64,000 nucleotides of DNA from Lytechinus pictus (Eukaryota), in the NCBI RefSeq assembly GCF_037042905.1, contig NC_087251.1:14634001-14698000 (forward strand). The letters run 5' to 3'. This document shows positions 25,508-40,100 of the stretch, in pieces (within the stretch, counting starts at the first letter, position 1; each line of letters starts with the position of its first letter). The position numbers were made by a program, and so were the translations under genes. The notes under the pieces were generated by a model that was not told where the DNA came from, ran no database searches, and saw only the letters and a list, made by a program, of their open reading frames with translations.

Positions 25508-28500
25508 GAGTTAGATTGATTTCAATTTATAAGTTTCCTTTGCTACTGAAATGTCTGAATGTGTCGTTGCCTGAAGTCACCACAATGCAAAAGAAACATT
25601 GATGGTTGAAACATGTCCCTGTTTCTTTGCACTTTAGTTGATAGAAGAAAGGGAAAAGTGCCGGTGCATTCTCTAGTTTAGGTTTATTTTCCATGATTTC
25701 CATCTTTTCAACGATTTAATTGTCATTATGGTTTCCGTAGTCGTCATCAGCATCACCCATATCGTTCTCACGAGTATTTATTTTAAGTAAAAGGTGCAAT
25801 TGAATGATACTAAACAATGTATGGTTGGTATTCTGACAGCGTCCATATTAGATGCAATTTGCCACAGACACATTGGACTGCTCCAGTTGTAGTCCAGAAC
25901 TACTCGAACAATTCCCGCTTCCTTAACCAGTATGCAACATTTTGACCATGTAGTGGTAGAACATACAGCCACTTTAATTTACCCAATTCTATTTTTTGCC
26001 ACGTTTACACTAGAAATATGTTACCGTTGAACTATAAAACAGCGCAACGCCTTCGAGCATTCCTGCTTTCCCCAAAAAGACAAAATGAACATAATAATTA
26101 AAATTTCAGTTTAAAAAAGAGTTTGTTAAAAGGTATATGTATCAAAGCTGTTCTACCCTTCATTTGTGTGCAGCTTACTGTCCTGGAGAATAGTCTACTT
26201 TTCAGTTAATCCCAAATTATTTTGGATGCGCGATAATGGATTGCTAGTGCTTTCATCAAGTACAAGAATATTGAATAAGAATTTAAAAAGTGTGGAATGA
26301 AAGCTAGATTTATTCTGAACTTAAAACCAGGTTAATTTACGGATATGCCACCTTGTATAACTACTAAATGTTTAACGAAATATAATCTTGTTCATGAAAT
26401 GGCGTTTTCTGACATTCCACTGGTTATTATGTAAAGTAATAATGCAATATAATATTTATGGTCATGTTATTGAGGATATAGATTTAGTTATTTCCTTAAA
26501 AATATCGTTTTTTAATAAATCACGTTCCTTCATTATTTTTTGGCCCCCTTTTGTTTTATATTATTTATTTTATTAGAAAATAAAAGGTTTACAGCTTACA
26601 CACCTTTCATTTATAACCAGTGTTCTTTTTACTAATATGTTCTTATTATCGTAGTTTTCACAAAACATTTAATTATCCCATCATTACGCTCATTGGTAAT
26701 GTTATTTTCGTTAATACTCGTTTAGATATAGTTATGAAATTTAGTTATGAAGGCTTGATAGTAAAAAGATATTCGAATTTTCATAACTGATTTTTAAGAA
26801 AAATCTTTAAACACTGCTATCTATTCTAATATTTGCATATGAAACTATACAGGAGAAATTTTAGTAGAACGCAGTCTATCATGTGTTTAATATACTTCAT
26901 GTACGAAGATCATGTTAACTGGCAATTGCCAGCTTACGTTTCCATTATTGTATGACAGCGATTAATGACATGAACAACCTTTTGTCCGAGTTGTATCTGG
27001 CAGTTGGTGTATAATGTGGCAGACGATTGTTCATCACTTGTTTTAATAATGGATGTTCTAAAAATTATCAGTACTATCGAATGCATGTAAGTTTTTTTTT
27101 TTTTTCTTATTACCGGTGATGTCACTCACATCATATCTCATTCTAAATCTTGAAGAGAGAGAAATATAGTATTCTGGGGTGTTACGAACGACCAAAACTT
27201 GTATTTCCACTGAATCAAGTTCCCAATCATTTCAAGTGTCATAGGCCAAAGTGGAAAGGTGATTTTAGAATAAAACCCATTGTTAACCAATACTTGAAAA
27301 CAAGTTTCTAAGCTTGATAAGGGTTGCATGAAATACAAATCCACTGACATAGCATGAAAACATTTCCCAGTCTTTCGCACAGTCATGCGTAACTTTGCGA
27401 ACACTTTCATGACACAACCAGAAATGTTATATCACATTATCGTCTTAAAGATGGAAGACTCCGTACTCTCTTTCTCTTTTATTTAATTTTCCTGACGCCC
27501 TCGACGAATAAAGATTTATATTTATTTGTAATTCATGGAAGTTTTAGTTTTTTATGTAACTATAACTGATTAACTGTACCAATATTTGCGGTTTGTTCTT
27601 GCCAATTCGAAGTATGAAGAGAGCCTGAATATCGATTTAAAAATTGTACTCGTTATCATTTCAGAGATATTGCAGATAAATCATTAAGATAAGTTTACCT
27701 TTCTCCGGCCAACAGGCAACAAGCGTAGATTCGAGCAGCAAATTATCCAGGGGGAAGTTGGTATTTGGGGTTACCGTCCGACACCAACCCACCACCCACA
27801 CACACACCCTCACACATATCTACATACAGACACGATTTAATGGTGGAAATCGAGGACATATTTTTCGGAAAATTATGTCATTGAATAATCAAGGAATTGT
27901 GTGTCAGTAGGTCTCTCATACACAAAATGTTATCATAAAATAAAAAATAAAAATATTGGAGTTGAGGACATTTCAACCATACTCCCCATACGATAGAACA
28001 CTTAATTTGGGAAAGTGTGCAATGTATCTGTGTACCGAGGGTGTCATCGTTGTGAAGTGTGGTATCGGTGTGTGTCCTCGTTTTCCAGCATGTGTTAGTG
28101 TACATACCCACCCATACACACACACATTTATAAAGCGTGGCGTCACATATGACTGCCTGTTCTACGGTCAAATGTATGTGGGTTTTTTTTTTTATAGAAG
28201 GACATGATGAGTAATAAATTCTTATAACACATTTTTTTCTGATAATCATTAGTCTGGATGGAATTCATTCTACCCGATCAGTTGTTATTTATGTCGGCTC
28301 TCTAATTTACTTGTAAGTTTATTAGAAGATCAGTGATAATAACATAACTATACAAAGTCTTTTTGTTTATGAAAAAAATTACCTATCTGAACATCTATCG
28401 ATAGTTTAAAAAAAAATCAATATTAGAAGCGTTGAAATTGTTGTTAATGCTCCATTGCAACGTTTATTTGAAAATAATATATATATATATATATTAAAGA

Positions 28501-28654
28501 AAAGTAATGTAGAGGAAATACATGAAAGGAAATTAATTGATTTAAAATGTATGAAATAAATTGTTTTATTGGTTCATCGATTGACTAATTCATTCATTAA
28601 TAGATATATTTTCTATATGGTTTAATTTACATTTTGATTGAGAGATTGACTGAT

Positions 28655-28825
28655 CAGTTGGTCGGTCGGTCGGTCGGTTGGTCGGTCGGTCTGTTGGTTG
28701 GTCGGTTGGTCGGTCGGTCGGTTTGTTGGTCGGTCGGTCGGTCGGTTGGTCGGTCGGTCGGTCGGTCTGTTGGTTGGTCGGTCGGTTGGTCGGTTGATTG
28801 CTTGGTTGGTCGATTGCTTGATTGG

Positions 28826-28852
<27 letters not shown>
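28655..28852. repeat. Compound tetranucleotide microsatellite (GGTC/GGTT)n(GATT)n
   Basis: Direct reading. Confidence 0.95.
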
Positions 28853-28857
<5 letters not shown>

Positions 28858-28900
28858 ATTAAAGAATTATTGGTTAATTGGTGACTTAATCGATTACCCG

Positions 28901-29039
28901 TGCCTCGTTGTATAAAAGTTACCAATGTGGTAACTTTAACATCCAATGATAAATATCAAGAATCCTTGATTTTGATTGGCTGTTCAGCATCGTGGCTATG
29001 ATAGTTACCATAATAGTAACTTTTATGCAACCGCGCCCC
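28901..29039. mobile_element. Small inverted-repeat MITE
   Basis: CGTTGTATAAAAGTTAC ... GTAACTTTTATGCAACCG inverted ends. Confidence 0.6.
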
Positions 29040-29391
29040 GGCCCGTTGAATTTAAGAAGTGATAATTTGAACTATTGATTGATTTGTCTGATTGATTGGT
29101 TTGATTTATTGATTGTGTGTATAAAATGATTAATGGTTTTGATGGATGTTTTTTAGGTAAAATAATCTGGTAGTCTTTCATTTATCGGTTGACTAATAGT
29201 TGGTTAGGTTAGTGAAGATAGTGAAAGTTGGGTTCAGCGGATCGGCTGTTTGACTTCCTGATTCAATTGATTGATTGATTTTAATGCGACACATGATGAT
29301 TGTTAGCAGAAACATTCATTTTTAGATGACAGATTCTGGGAAAGTAACAAGTTATGGAATTAAACTTTGCTTGGTTTGGACTTTCGATTAA

Positions 29392-29769
29392 AGGTATTGT
29401 TTAACTTTGTGAGCAGCCGATTTAAAAAAATCTCAAACCAAGATGAAACATGTGTACAAGTGCATGTATTAGAACTAATAAACCCTGAAAACAACCATTA
29501 TTGAGAATGAAAAGCTAAAACTACAAGGCAAACCCCGATTTTGTAAATAGGCGTCTTAAAGACGCCTAAATAGTACACATAAGTGTATGGGATGAAATTA
29601 AGATGGTGTTTTCGGTCACTTTATATTTCAATTTTTGAAGCACTAAATAATTATTTTCGAACACAATTTTTTCTGGGCTTCATTTTTGTAACATATCACA
29701 GACACAGGTGACAAGTGTGACCTTCTAGCTCAGATTTTAAAAAAGTCAAACCAATGTTAACCAATCACT
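29392..29769. mobile_element. TTAA-flanked (Kolobok-like) MITE
   Basis: TTAA on both sides (29388-29391, 29770-29773); imperfect TIR AGGTATTGTTTAAC / GTTAACCAATCACT. Confidence 0.65.
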
Positions 29770-29869
29770 TTAACTGAACATGAAGTTCATGCTCAATATT
29801 TCAATTTCCGTTTCAATTTTCAGATTGGGATATAAATCATTTAAATATGTTGGTGTTGATGGCTTATTC

Positions 29870-30220
29870 GAAAGCTTTTGATGATATTTATCAAATTTTC
29901 ATCTACTTATTGGTGTACTCATCAGATATATGTCTTTCTATTACATATACAGTGTACTTTAATAAAATGATTGATGTTTTCACATTATGCGAAAGCTTTT
30001 GATGAACTTATTAAATTTTCATTTACTTATTGGTGTACACAATAGATATATGTCTTTATATTACATATACAGTGTACTTTAATAAAATGATTGATGTTTT
30101 CACATTATGCGAAAGCTTTTGATGAAACTTATTGAAATTTCATTTACTTATTGGTGTACACAATAGATATATGTCTTTCTAATATATACAGCGTACTTTA
30201 AAAAATGATTCATGTTTTCT
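29870..30220. repeat. Minisatellite, ~120-bp unit x3
   Basis: Units start GAAAGCTTTTGATGA at 29870, 29991, 30111. Confidence 0.92.
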
Positions 30221-33008
30221 TATTAATAAAATATCAAAAACTTTCCAATATCTCATATCGAATGTAATTTCTTTTTATCATGTTCTTATCATATCGGAGG
30301 AGGTCTAAAAGATGATGAAATAGTTTGTATTGCCTGCTTTTATGTATTACAAATATCGATGAGGATATATGGGGTGCCTCTGATTTTATTTGATATGTTT
30401 AGCTCGTTCCTATGTTACCTTCTCTCACGATGAGATTTGCTTACATATTTAGTTAGTTAATTGGTATTATATCAGGTTATGTAGGCATGTAGTTTTTGAG
30501 GGTGTGCGTAAGGGTGTGTGACGTGGGGTCAGGATTCAGATCGGAATATGGGATACGTCCCCAAACTTTACTGGTGGGAGAGTAATGGACAAACATCCCC
30601 CATGTTTTAAGGTGGAAAAATAATGTATACAAGTCATGTATACATCATGCAGTTGACCGGTTTGGAATCATTACCCCTCCCCAAAGTAAAAGAGACATTG
30701 TCTATGCCACTGTTTAGGTATATTTGAGAATTGATGAATGAGTGTGGACAGTGTGCGTATGTGCGTGTGTTGAGCAAGGGACTTTGATTTAAATCTTTAG
30801 ATTATATGTATGTTCTTGATGGTGATAATATATGGTTCTTGATTGCCTCTTTTGACTAGTATTTATGAGATTAACGCTCTACCTCTTTATGATAATGATG
30901 ATAATCAATAAATGGACAAAAATGCGGCAAATTAATAAATTAATGAATATTTGATTAACAATAAATAATGATAAATGATAGTACATTTTCATTATACTTT
31001 TTTTTTCATTTTAATCACATTTTATAAATTATTTTGGCCTTGTGTGTCTTCAATCAAACATTTTGTTACATTGAGCTAATTTCGGGAAGCTTTAATAAAA
31101 ACTAATGAAATGATTTAAATATTTTCCCCTTTTACAGTGATATTTCGGTATTGTATTGATATAACATTGCATTTTTAAAATTGCAAATCAAAGTCCCCAC
31201 GACTCGTAACTATTCTATTTTTTTAAGTCGAGCAAATCACAATCCACTGTATATTTAACTGTCCGGATATACTGAATCTAAGTGTTTAACAGTCTTCAAT
31301 TACCGAGCTATTGTTCTCTTGAATTAAGGTTTGGCTACATCACCTAGGTTATCAGCAGCATTCCTTACATTGTGGCTCACTCTTTATGGTACAGATCAAC
31401 TTCACCTTTGTTTGTTATGACGTAACACCTCTAAACTATTAAGAGCAGTGATATGAAAGGTCTCCTTGGCCCCGTGAACCCATCAAGAAAAGGAAAAGCG
31501 CCTTCATTGATGAAAAATATGCTAAACCAATAATTACGAAGGATGATGATGTTTTTATTTTGTATATTTTTTTTAATTTTCGCAAATGTTTACACCTGCA
31601 CTTTTCATTTGTAAATTTCTGGACTGTTATAAAAGCTTTTGCGCTTTACTCGATTTTGGACATCCTTTAAAATGAATTTGCGGATTCCCAGTATCGCTAT
31701 CTAGTATCTAATACTTCTTATTTGGGATTGGAGTGTTTTCGAAAAACAAATTAAAAATCAAAAGGTGGACCCAATGTTCTAGCCTTTCTATCCTGGTAAA
31801 TATTGAGTTGAAAACAGGTGAACAAGTCATATCAGTTGACGTCATCCCGTGGACACGCCCAAAATCATACGTCATAGATTTATGGCCAAAGAAAGTTCCT
31901 GTCTCAAACGCCCACTTTCACTCATCATGAAAGTCGGAACTTTTCAAAGGTCAAGTGAAAAGCCCCTTCTATTATCTTTTCTCTCCTCCCCCTCTCTCTC
32001 CCCCTCTCTCTCCCTCCCTCCTCTCTTCCCCCTCACTTTCTCTCTCTCTTTGTCACTCTCTTCTCTCTCTATCTCTCTCCCTTATTAGCTCTCTCTGTAT
32101 ATTGCACACCCTTTTCTATTCAATCTCTTAACTTTACTCACTCTCCCTCCCTTCTCTTCATCCACCTTAAGATTGCTACTCCTTATGGAAAGAAGGAAAC
32201 TTTTTACTTAGCGATATACTGAAAGATATACGCAAAATCAGTTTCATGGGAAAATCAACTCCATTCAAATGCTTTATTTAAGATCGGCCTACTTTATAAT
32301 TTCTATACCTATTGTTTTTTCAAGAATTATAAACTATACTGACATAAACCTTTGATTAAAAACTTACTTACCACGTTGCTACTTTAATTTTTTTTCATAA
32401 AGTTATCACCCTGAATGATTTTCAGCATAGGATTAAAAGAAAATACTCATCTAACTGGACTGTGGTAAAACGGAGGAGACATTGGTCCATTTATTTTTTT
32501 TTTATTGTGAAAAAGTTGTTCTAATCTGGCAGCATTTCTTTGATTTAATCATTTAGAATGTTAATGATATTACCTTCAATGTAACCAATTCCGATTTTTA
32601 TTCTTGTTATTGAAATATAATATTTGTATCTGCATATTTAATAATAATCTCTCCAATATTGTTCAATTTAAATCCTTTGTTAAGAAAAAAAGTTGAATAT
32701 TTATAAGCAAAGAAGAATCACATTTTATCCGCCCATTTTAGGAAATGGCGTTTTAACCCTCCCTTTTGTATCCCTATACCATTTCTCAAATGCCACTTGA
32801 ATATTTATGTCGGTTTTGCTTTCAAATACTTCCTTATTTACTTCGAATTTTAATTCTGGTCTTTCAGCAGCGATCCTCATAAGATTCCATGTCTTCGTTT
32901 TTATATACTATGTGTCTCAATAAGGTCGTTCCCGAACAATTGTTATTTTGCCATGTTTTTTTTATTCTGCCACCCCCTTTATATTATTGTGGTTGTTATT
33001 CTTCTATA

Positions 33009-33762
33009 CAGTGCGTCCCAGAAAAAACGAAACCGAGATTTAGCGATGTTTTATCATAACTTTAATCATAAATAAAATAGACGCATGATTGAGGAAAAAC
33101 AATTCGAAGAAAGGATGCCAAAGACTCATTTGGCGGGGGGTATCTGAATTTCAAAAAGAACATCACATGACTAAAAAGTTCAATATCTTATCTTTTCTTT
33201 GATACCTAAATCACAGAAAATGGTCAAGTAGTAAAAAAGTTATGATCCCTCGAAACAATGCTTGTATTTCCATAATTTCATTAAATTAACGTGTTTTCAC
33301 CGGTTTCCAACTGAAGCTATCGCACGGTAACAAAAGACTTAATGCATGGCTGATCGTCAACAAAACGGAGTGTCAAGTGAGTTTGAACGCTAGCCTGTAA
33401 AACCTCTTCATTTTATGAAATTATTGAAATTCAAGCCTTAATTCAAATAACCAGAACTTTGTTATTTCTTGATCATTTTCTGTAATTGAGGTATCAAATT
33501 AAAGAGCAGATATCGAACTTTTTAAAAATGTGGTTTTCTTTTTAAAACCCAGATACGGCCCGCAAAGTGACTTTTTGGTATCCCCTTTTCAAATTGTTTT
33601 TGCTCACTCATGCGTGAATGAGAAATAATCTAAGTAATTTCAGATGAAAGAGGAGATTCTATGCTTTAAAATGGTAGGTCATTAATTTTGTCTATTGTAT
33701 TTGCGATTAAGTTATGATAAATCATCGATAAATCTCGGTTTCATTTTTTGTGGGACGCACTG
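33009..33762. mobile_element. Tc1/mariner-like MITE, 754 bp
   Basis: TIR CAGTGCGTCCCAGAAAAAACGAAACCGAGATTT with reverse complement at the right end; TA TSD. Confidence 0.88.
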
Positions 33763-34441
33763 TATATATCTCTGTTTCCAATCATGGAACACTTTTAGAT
33801 ATTGTGATTGTTTTGAGATTGGTTTTGTTCACTAAAAAAAACACAAATGTAGAAAAAATTACCACGTTACATGGAAATCATGGTATTAAATGGTAGATAA
33901 TTTAGATTATTAGATAACAATATATTAACCTTGGAAAAGAGAATGATGCCGAACTGGTAGAATGAACGATATATGTTCAAAAGCATTTCCTTTTCTATTC
34001 TGTATTGAATGAAAATAATATGTCAATGTGCGCGGGAGTGTGTGTACATTTTGTGTTGGATTACGTTGATGTGAGATATTTCCAGATGGGTTGATGTGAT
34101 ATTTTCATTTCTCATTTCCACATTCTCCACAAATCTCTCTCCCCCTTACTATCTCTATCTTTCCCTCTCTTTCTCCCAGTTTCCGTTGCATACACAACGA
34201 AGTATACACATAAACACCTTTTTTTTTTACACAAGCATACTTTTAACCACGCGCAAAAGCATCCCCTACACACACACCCCGACACTTATAACACAAAACA
34301 CAAACACGCACTCTTACAATTCCTTCCACATGCCTATGAAATACTCACATACACCCGCACACGTAACTCATTCTGAACGTTTAAGCGACAATTAAAAGAC
34401 AAAATTGAAGAAAAAAATACGAGAGACAATAATTTATATAA

Positions 34442-34447
34442 TTTATT
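34442..34447 (-). terminator. Candidate polyadenylation signal of GPA2-like gene (would give a ~2.6-kb 3'UTR)
   Basis: AATAAA on the minus strand, with an upstream TGTA and a downstream GT/T-rich tract; other AATAAA hexamers exist in the interval. Confidence 0.35.
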
Positions 34448-37026
34448 TCAAATTATTTGTACATTTCATAATACAATTTTTGTGAGAGAAAGGTTGTAAT
34501 GGCAGTATATTCAATATCCATCATTGCCAGTATCCGTAAATAAAGTAAATTTCAACTGAAGAAAAGGCAATGAAAAAAATAAATCCTGAAAAGTCATAAA
34601 CATGTATTGACAGGTTGCTTGCAATGATATGAAATTACTGTGTTGAAGTTTGTTACAGAGTTATTGTAGTGATGTAGTTAAGATGTAGAATCTTCATCCC
34701 AACAGTTTAGAACAAATGTATTCACATATCGCCCTGCCCTGTAGGTTTAACATTTGAGCTTTGTCACTTTGGACTACAATAATTCATTTTTGATTGCTGA
34801 ACCATGGCTGAACTAGTCGTGGTGATTCATATTGTCATCCATATTAAAGGAGAAAAACAGTATCTGATTTTGATTATACTCGTTTTAATTGATAATGGTC
34901 ATTTGGCCGTCAATTAACAGACAGTTCATTGAAATTGCCCCTGAAGTCTCCATCATTTCCAAAAACACGAACCATACTGTCCTTGACCATGTTTGAAGCG
35001 CAGACGAGACGGACAGATTGCCGCCAAAATAAGAACGCCTTTATCATATATCGTCTGCCACCATCATGGCTATTGTCTGGTAACCTTGTTGATATGTTTG
35101 ACAAATAAAAGGAACAACATACTGTCACTTCAAATAATCTATCAAGAATTTATCCCATATAAGTGATGAAATATGGAATTGTGGAACGGTGTCACGTGGA
35201 TAGTTTTCTGCATTTGAGTGAGCTTTTATTTTCGCCCAAAATGACTTCAAATCGAAAGAAAAATACAAACTCTTTGAACTGTAAAAGGGTTTTATTTTTA
35301 TTTATTTTGTCTTATCCAATCTCATATACCTGCTATTACATAATAAAAGAGACACTTTTTTTCTTATTTTACCAATGTAGACGCCTTTAGAAACCCCAAA
35401 AATATTATTTGCTCGTTGCCTCCAGGTTATCACTGTACTAAAGTTTCAAGAGTTGCATGAATCGGTACTCAATTGCTTAATTTCTTTGAAAGCGTTTCTA
35501 CATAATACGAATATTCTATATTAAGATAACAAATCCCTTCCCCTGACCAACAGTAATCTTCACCATATTTTGTGTATATACTTGTATAAACAACTGTAAC
35601 AAGCGATTCCCTTGTAAATTATGAGAAATAAAACATCTTCAAAAGGTTCTTTGTTCATGAAAGTTGTCAGCAATGAATTAATGTATAAATTCTGTAAATT
35701 TCAATGAATCCTGTATTTAAGCGGTAATATTTGACTCGTATGAAAGTAAATGTATGACACTTTCCATTAGCTGTGGCAACCTTTAAGAAACCGAAGGGCT
35801 ACAAACAGCTGCACCTTAATAATTGAACGAGATCCGGGTACATTATATCATGACAAATTTCATGTATCCGTATTTTCTTCAACATAATCACGAAGTAACA
35901 TTTATTTTCATCAACGCAATTTCGCAAGACAAGAATAAAATTAAGTTCACAACTAAAATTATTTTATTCGACATGTTCATGTATTTAATTTAAAATGGAA
36001 CATAACTATACATCAACGTTGCAATAAATACAGATTCATAAATACTATCTACATTTAACACAACATGTTTACGTTTTGTGTATACTAGAAAGCTATAATA
36101 GTACTTTTTCAGTTTTGTTTAGGAGAGAAAATGTACCTATAAAGCAAAAAAAAAATTGAAGTGATCTTTGAAATAAATGATCACTTAAGATTACTACATG
36201 TATTTCTAAAATGATTAGGAATGAAACTGAACGAAAATGTATGATACGTTAAGGAAGAGGTGATAGCCCTGAAACTCATACAGTGATGAGCACAATGAAA
36301 TTCAGCTAGAAAATATTCGATAATCACTATGAATTATTTAAGTTAATGGAATTTCATTGCGCTCAGGGAATGATAACGTAATGAAGAATTTCTTGTTGCG
36401 TCAGATGATATGAAATAGATATATAAAAATCCTTTAAGTGAATGCAGGAAGTGTCTATGATTTTACGTTATCTTTATCAATCTTTAAGAGATTAGAAAAA
36501 AATGCAATATATGCATCAGATGATACGTGTTTTGATCAGAATTCTCTCATATTTTATACTTCTACAGAATATGTTATATTTAGATAGAATAGATTAGAAC
36601 AAAATTACAAATATCGCTGGGCTGCAATCAAATCTGAATAAAATTACAGAACGGAAGTATTATTTAATCAAATAATCAAAAACCTTAATGTAACAATCCA
36701 AGAATCTCTTCATGTTGTTTGAAGTACAATAGTTTTAGGTCCACGTTAGACTTTTTGAATAAGATATTACATCTAATTCAGAATGATTGACATAATAAAA
36801 CATGGCTTCCGAGAGCGGACTATAGTACATTTTGATATAAAGGTAGGCATATAAGCCGAATAAAGTAAACAATATATGATTTATTTCCTTTGCATCAAAC
36901 CAAATGGGAAAAATAATGATAATAAAATGGGGGAAATAAAAAAAAATCTACTTGGATATCAACAGAAGTCGTATTGATAAAGCATATGGCGTCTACAGAG
37001 AGGAGGGGGTTACATAATCAGTGACG

Positions 37027-37125
37027 TCAGTCGCCTATTACACAAAGGGAACACTCACAGGACGCCGCTGATTTAAAGGTATCTACATATTCATAATTAT
37101 CCAAGCACTGTAACCGGATATTAAC
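37027..37125 (-). CDS. GPA2: GPA2-like coding exon 3 (32 aa + TGA)
   Basis: Acceptor ttttctcattcgcag; translates VNIRLQCLDNYEYVDTFKSAASCECSLCVIGD*. Confidence 0.92.
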   Translation of the reverse strand, partial: VNIRLQCLDNYEYVDTFKSAASCECSLCVIGD

Positions 37126-40100
37126 CTGCGAATGAGAAAAAGATAAAAGAAAACGAAAGCGTGATAAAAGAGTTGTATCTATGATATTAAGGCATCCATC
37201 AATACTTTATTGGCAGGGGACGGTTAGGAAATTAACATTTTTCTAGTGTCATACCATTCCGATTGAATGTGAGAGTCCATCTTGCCTCTCATTTATACGC
37301 CGTGTTTTAAGTTGGTTTTAGAAAAAGCAAAAAAATCAGATAAACATCATAACAAAAGTTTTGCGAAAATCGAAGAATAAATGAGTTGTGTGACGCCACA
37401 AGCAAGAAGCCAATTTTAAGTAATCGGAATTTCATGCGCTCTTGTTTTTAATAGTTCGTGATTGTTTTATCACACGTCTTTCCAAAGCAGTGTGTATAAA
37501 ATCATGTATATTGAAACACAAGTACAATTATTCCAGATTTTCTAAAAAATAGCAATACGATCTATTTTACATCACATAATGAAGAAGCCGATTGCATGTG
37601 ATATCACCAGGTGTAAACTTTAGAAACTCATACCGCTCTTATGGGTTTTTTTTCAAATATTTCTCTTATTTTGCCGTCTTTATAAAAAACAGCTTAACAA
37701 TGAGGTAGAATAATGTCTACATATTCTTTAAAAAAAAAACAATACCTGCTAGTTAACATATGTATTTGAGTTCGAATTTCTCTCATGAGTGCTGTTACTG
37801 AATCAATCTTTGGCTGCGAACTAACATGTTTATTACGCATTGAAAGTTAACTTTCCCTCCAAAAATGTGGCTAGTAAGTCATGAGGTGGCGCTCACTCAA
37901 GTTAAGTTTCTTGTAAACTTGCAGATAGTCAAGGAAACTATGCAGTGATTGATGATTTTAATACTTCCAAATAATAACTAAAATGGTTTTCAGATAATTA
38001 AAGGCTATTTGAGGATCAGAAAGGAAAATATAAGAACATTAAGATATTGTTAGATTTGTGACAGATCTTGACTTTTTCTTGGTTTGCTATCTTGTTTCAG
38101 AGATTCGTCATTTAACATAGATACGTTAGTTGTAATAACTTGATTGGTATTTTACCCAATGTTCGATAAAAATGGACATGTGTTTTATTTTTTAAGTATT
38201 AGGTATCAATTCGGTCATAATGAAAAAAGATAACAATATCGACATGGGATAAACAATACAGAAAATGGGGGACGGGGGATCTAGAATTAAAGAGTCTTCC
38301 TGGTTACCCTATTTCGACTGAACGTAAAATATGAAATATAATTTATTTCTAAATTAATCCATTTATAAACCTTACAAATTCCATACACTGTAAAAAAAAA
38401 TTGTTAAATTTAACCAGAACGAGTGTAATTATGTTTCCAACCAATTTTGGGCAGTATTTTACCCAATTCGGGAAGCATATTGTCCAGTAAGGTTTAAAAA
38501 TGAGCAGCAATTACTTTAGAATGGGCCAAATTTTCATCACACTGGATAAATAAAAAGGCCCAAAAGAAATGCCAATTGTTGGTTGGACACATGTTTACCC
38601 TCATGGAGCATTTTTACCCAATATTTTTTAGAGTGTAGTGAGCATAAATTGATGACTGACTCATCAAAATAAAAATAGAAGATAGAATAGATTGCTGCAG
38701 CTAAAATTTTTGATACAGAGAAATATATTTCGAAATCCAGTAATAAACCTGTAAATACTAATTTGCGAAAATTTGACTACAATCTGACTGCATTGTATAA
38801 CTGTCCATTTTACGTGAAAATAACATTGTCTTACTATTTTTCTATCTACAGTGAAATGAGCATTTATTAAGAAATAATACTTACATCGTGTGTTGTGGCA
38901 ATGGAACAACATGAGCCATGTGTTGTAAAGATTTGTGTATAGTCGCTGTTTTCAAGTGTAGCCAGGTTTGATGGATATGAATAAGACTGGCAGAAACCGC
39001 GGCATGCATTCATTTGAACTTTAGTTTCCCTACAACCGGGTATCCGAACCTTCTTTGTGTAACCTGCAGAATAAAAGGAATAAAAATGAAACGACATGAT
39101 ATAAGGTATGGAAATAAATGCAGTTTCAGAGCTCATCATTCTAAGTGGTATACTTGCAAGGCCGTTTGTTACGGTCATTTCATTCTTTCAAGAAAATGTA
39201 TTTTTTATCAATTCGGTCTTTATAAGAGAGGATGATTGATGTTACTCAGGATTTGACAAGAAAAAAAATGCACTTGATGCCATTTATTTTGTAAATCGTT
39301 TAGAATATTTTTGCATTCCATGCAATTTATTATGAATATTTTATGATTTTTGTATGAAATAAAAAAAATGAAAATAATGGGACCATTGACGACGAACGAT
39401 CACAACGAGGAAACCACTTTCCAAATTATATTGATACCAAAATATTTAACATCTAACTTTCGTATGGAACTTTTATCCAAATTACAAAGGATTTCTTTTA
39501 AATATTTTCAGAAATCGAATGACCTTTACACATCATTGGTATCTCTAGAAAAAAATTCGATGCCTTAAACAGCAGTTTCACCACTTTCGACTTTTACTAT
39601 TATTCATACACAGGCATTTGAGTACACTATGAGTGGGCAGTGTTGGAGATGAAATGAAAGGTAAATAGTATGTTCTCTACATTAAATTAGAGGTTCTTAA
39701 ATGTCCCTTGAGTGCATTAAGCTAATCGTTAAACCAAATATAAAACTCCAGAGCGATTCTGAATTCATACTTTCTGTCTCTTCAAATGTCATATGTATTT
39801 ACTTAACACATTTAGAAGTCTTGATTCAATCATTTGATTAGACAAAAGCATGGGAGAATGAACAAAAATATTTTTGTTTTCTTGTTTTCTTATAGTCAGT
39901 TATAACAAGTCTGTATAAGAGTTTACGCATTATTAGGACAATATGATGTAAAAACCGTGGACATGTGTTTATGACTACTATATTCTATTCTAGAGCGATG
40001 TTTCAGGTGACAGTCTAATGACGCTATTGGCAAGCCAAACAACTCCTATGCCGCCAAGTCCAGCTTTAAAAGATGAGCGAGAGGTTTCGCGTCCCAGTGG

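Noticed and set aside
28590..28946. PTDQ/PTNR-repeat ORF
   Set aside because: Translation of a tetranucleotide microsatellite.
29870..30220. CRISPR-like array
   Set aside because: Whole 120-bp units repeat without unique spacers; eukaryotic context with no cas genes.
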